A stretch of DNA of 64,000 bases from Eledone cirrhosa (lineage: Eukaryota): contig OZ024743.1 of the NCBI GenBank assembly GCA_964016885.1, forward strand, positions 200,632,001 to 200,696,000. Reading direction: 5' to 3'. Every line of letters starts with the position of its first letter. Within the stretch, counting starts at the first letter, position 1. Shown here one piece after another: positions 62,460-64,000 of the stretch. The notes under the pieces were generated by a model. That model was not told where the DNA came from, did no database searches, and saw only the letters and a list, made by a program, of their open reading frames with translations. The translations under genes and the position numbers were made by a program.

Positions 62460-62685
62460 TATGGACAGAATTTTCTGAAGCTAGTTTACGAAACGTAAAT
62501 GATATTCTTGTTTCTCTTTTGACCAAAGTCATGGAACCATCTGGAAGTGGTACAATGTCCGACTTTCTTGGAGTGATTCCATGGGACCAGATATATCTAG
62601 ATTCTCCACTCATGACCAGAAGACTTCTTCGTGGTAGAACTACACTCCTGCGTTGGGCATCAGGGTGGTGAAACTCCATAACAAC
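62460..62685 (-). CDS. ALKBH8: ALKBH8 exon (C-terminal half of AlkB 2OG-Fe(II) dioxygenase domain); upstream exons lie beyond the window or were not seen
   Basis: tttcag|VVMEFHHPD..VVLPRRSLLVMSGESRYIWSHGITPRKSD..RETRISFTFRK..|GTAAGT; 226 nt. Confidence 0.95.
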
Positions 62686-64000
62686 CTGAAACGATAAAGA
62701 AATATGTGTTGGACCTCCATCAGTTACAACGATGAGTGTACCAGTTGTTTGACCAACAGAACATCTTGTTCAAGAAATTAACAGGAAAGTAGCTGAGTAT
62801 TCAACAAATACGTAGTTCTCAGGGAGATTCAGCATAACACAGTGAATGATAAGGCTGGTTCTTTTGATTTACAGGTACAATTAATTCTATATAAACAGAA
62901 ACAGGAATTTACAAAATAAAACTCAAGTGGTTAAAAGATAACTTTCTAAAGACAAGGTTGTGTGATTCAGGAATTTGCTTTACATTCATAGGGTTGTGAG
63001 TTCAGTCCCACTGTGCAGAATTTTGTTTAATCCTTTAGCATTTACATTACTCAATATTTACTCTTGTATTTTCCTGGTCAAGGCTTTATCTCACATAATA
63101 TCGAAACTACAAGATTTTGATGTTATTTATTTTGAGAACAATACCTTAACATTGGTATGAGTAACTGATTACAGCTGGTTTGAATAAAAAGAGGTGAAAT
63201 GATTCTGGCTGCTAAAGGGTTAAAAGTTTTTTATTATAGCTTTGGGATGACCAATGTCTAGTGAGTGGAATGTGTTTCCTTGAACTAGTCAGCTGCATAA
63301 CTAATCAAGTAGTACAAGATTACAGAGAGGTAACTATGTAGACATTGAGTTATAGTACAATGAATTAGAGACAGTATCAAGCTAGATGAGATGCAGTTCA
63401 GCTTTGAGAGGTAGAGCATAATGATGATGATAACCAACGGGTTACTGCACGGTTTCTGCTTACCACCTTTCATTCATATACCATAGGACAACCAAAGGCT
63501 TTGATAGAAGACACTTGCCCAAGGAGTCATCAGCTGGGATTGAAATTGGAATCAAGCAGATGCAAGCAAAATTTAAAGGACTCGGCCAAGCCAGTGCCTA
63601 TACATACATTCATACACACCACACATCACATATATAACGCATATTAAACATTGCACTGTAATTACAATCCCGATAGCTTCATGACACATATGGTGTGTAT
63701 GCACACGACAGATGCGAGTGTGTGATTGTGCATAAAATATAATTCTAAGAAACTATATTAAAATTCGTTTCCTAAAGGGACGTTACTCCCACAACTTGAA
63801 ATCTAGAGTTCTCTCCCTGGAAAGAATCCACTAGATTTTTATTTCAATATTATGTATTTTTTCTCATACACACTGAAAAGCAGGGATTTTCGAGTGCAAA
63901 CTGGACGCTTGTCCAGTCTGCACTGTAAAGTAGTCGAGTTGGTGTCACATCAATAAAGCACCCAGTCCACACTGTAAAATGGTCATTTTGGTGCCACGAT

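Overview
Eukaryotic (animal) genomic DNA, AT-rich and dense in microsatellites, SINEs and MITEs. The repeat families suggest an octopod cephalopod (inference). There are three zones. (1) 1-12.6 kb is a retroelement graveyard: a Penelope-like element (RT thumb + GIY-YIG, with a hammerhead-like fold at its 3' end), three head-to-tail 5'-truncated L1/Tx1 elements sitting in (GATA)n/(GACA)n, a CRE-type 3' fragment, and an RTE-like 3' fragment flanked by an exact ~400-bp direct repeat that looks like a giant target-site duplication. (2) 12.7-38.9 kb is a ~26-kb G/T-skewed, codon-phased array built from a 12-bp anchor plus 15-bp modules, with higher-order duplications (3 x 3468/3469 bp; 2 x 1245 bp) and four frame-breaking sites. 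It could encode an elastin-like Gly/Val/Ser/Asp protein (ATG 12691 to TAG 38754) or be a non-coding satellite; the sequence alone cannot decide. (3) 44.2-62.7 kb holds the last six coding exons of ALKBH8 on the minus strand, all with GT-AG boundaries in matching phase. The linker includes a 43-nt micro-exon and appears to lack the Zn-binding cysteine cluster. All analysis was by eye; no database search was run.
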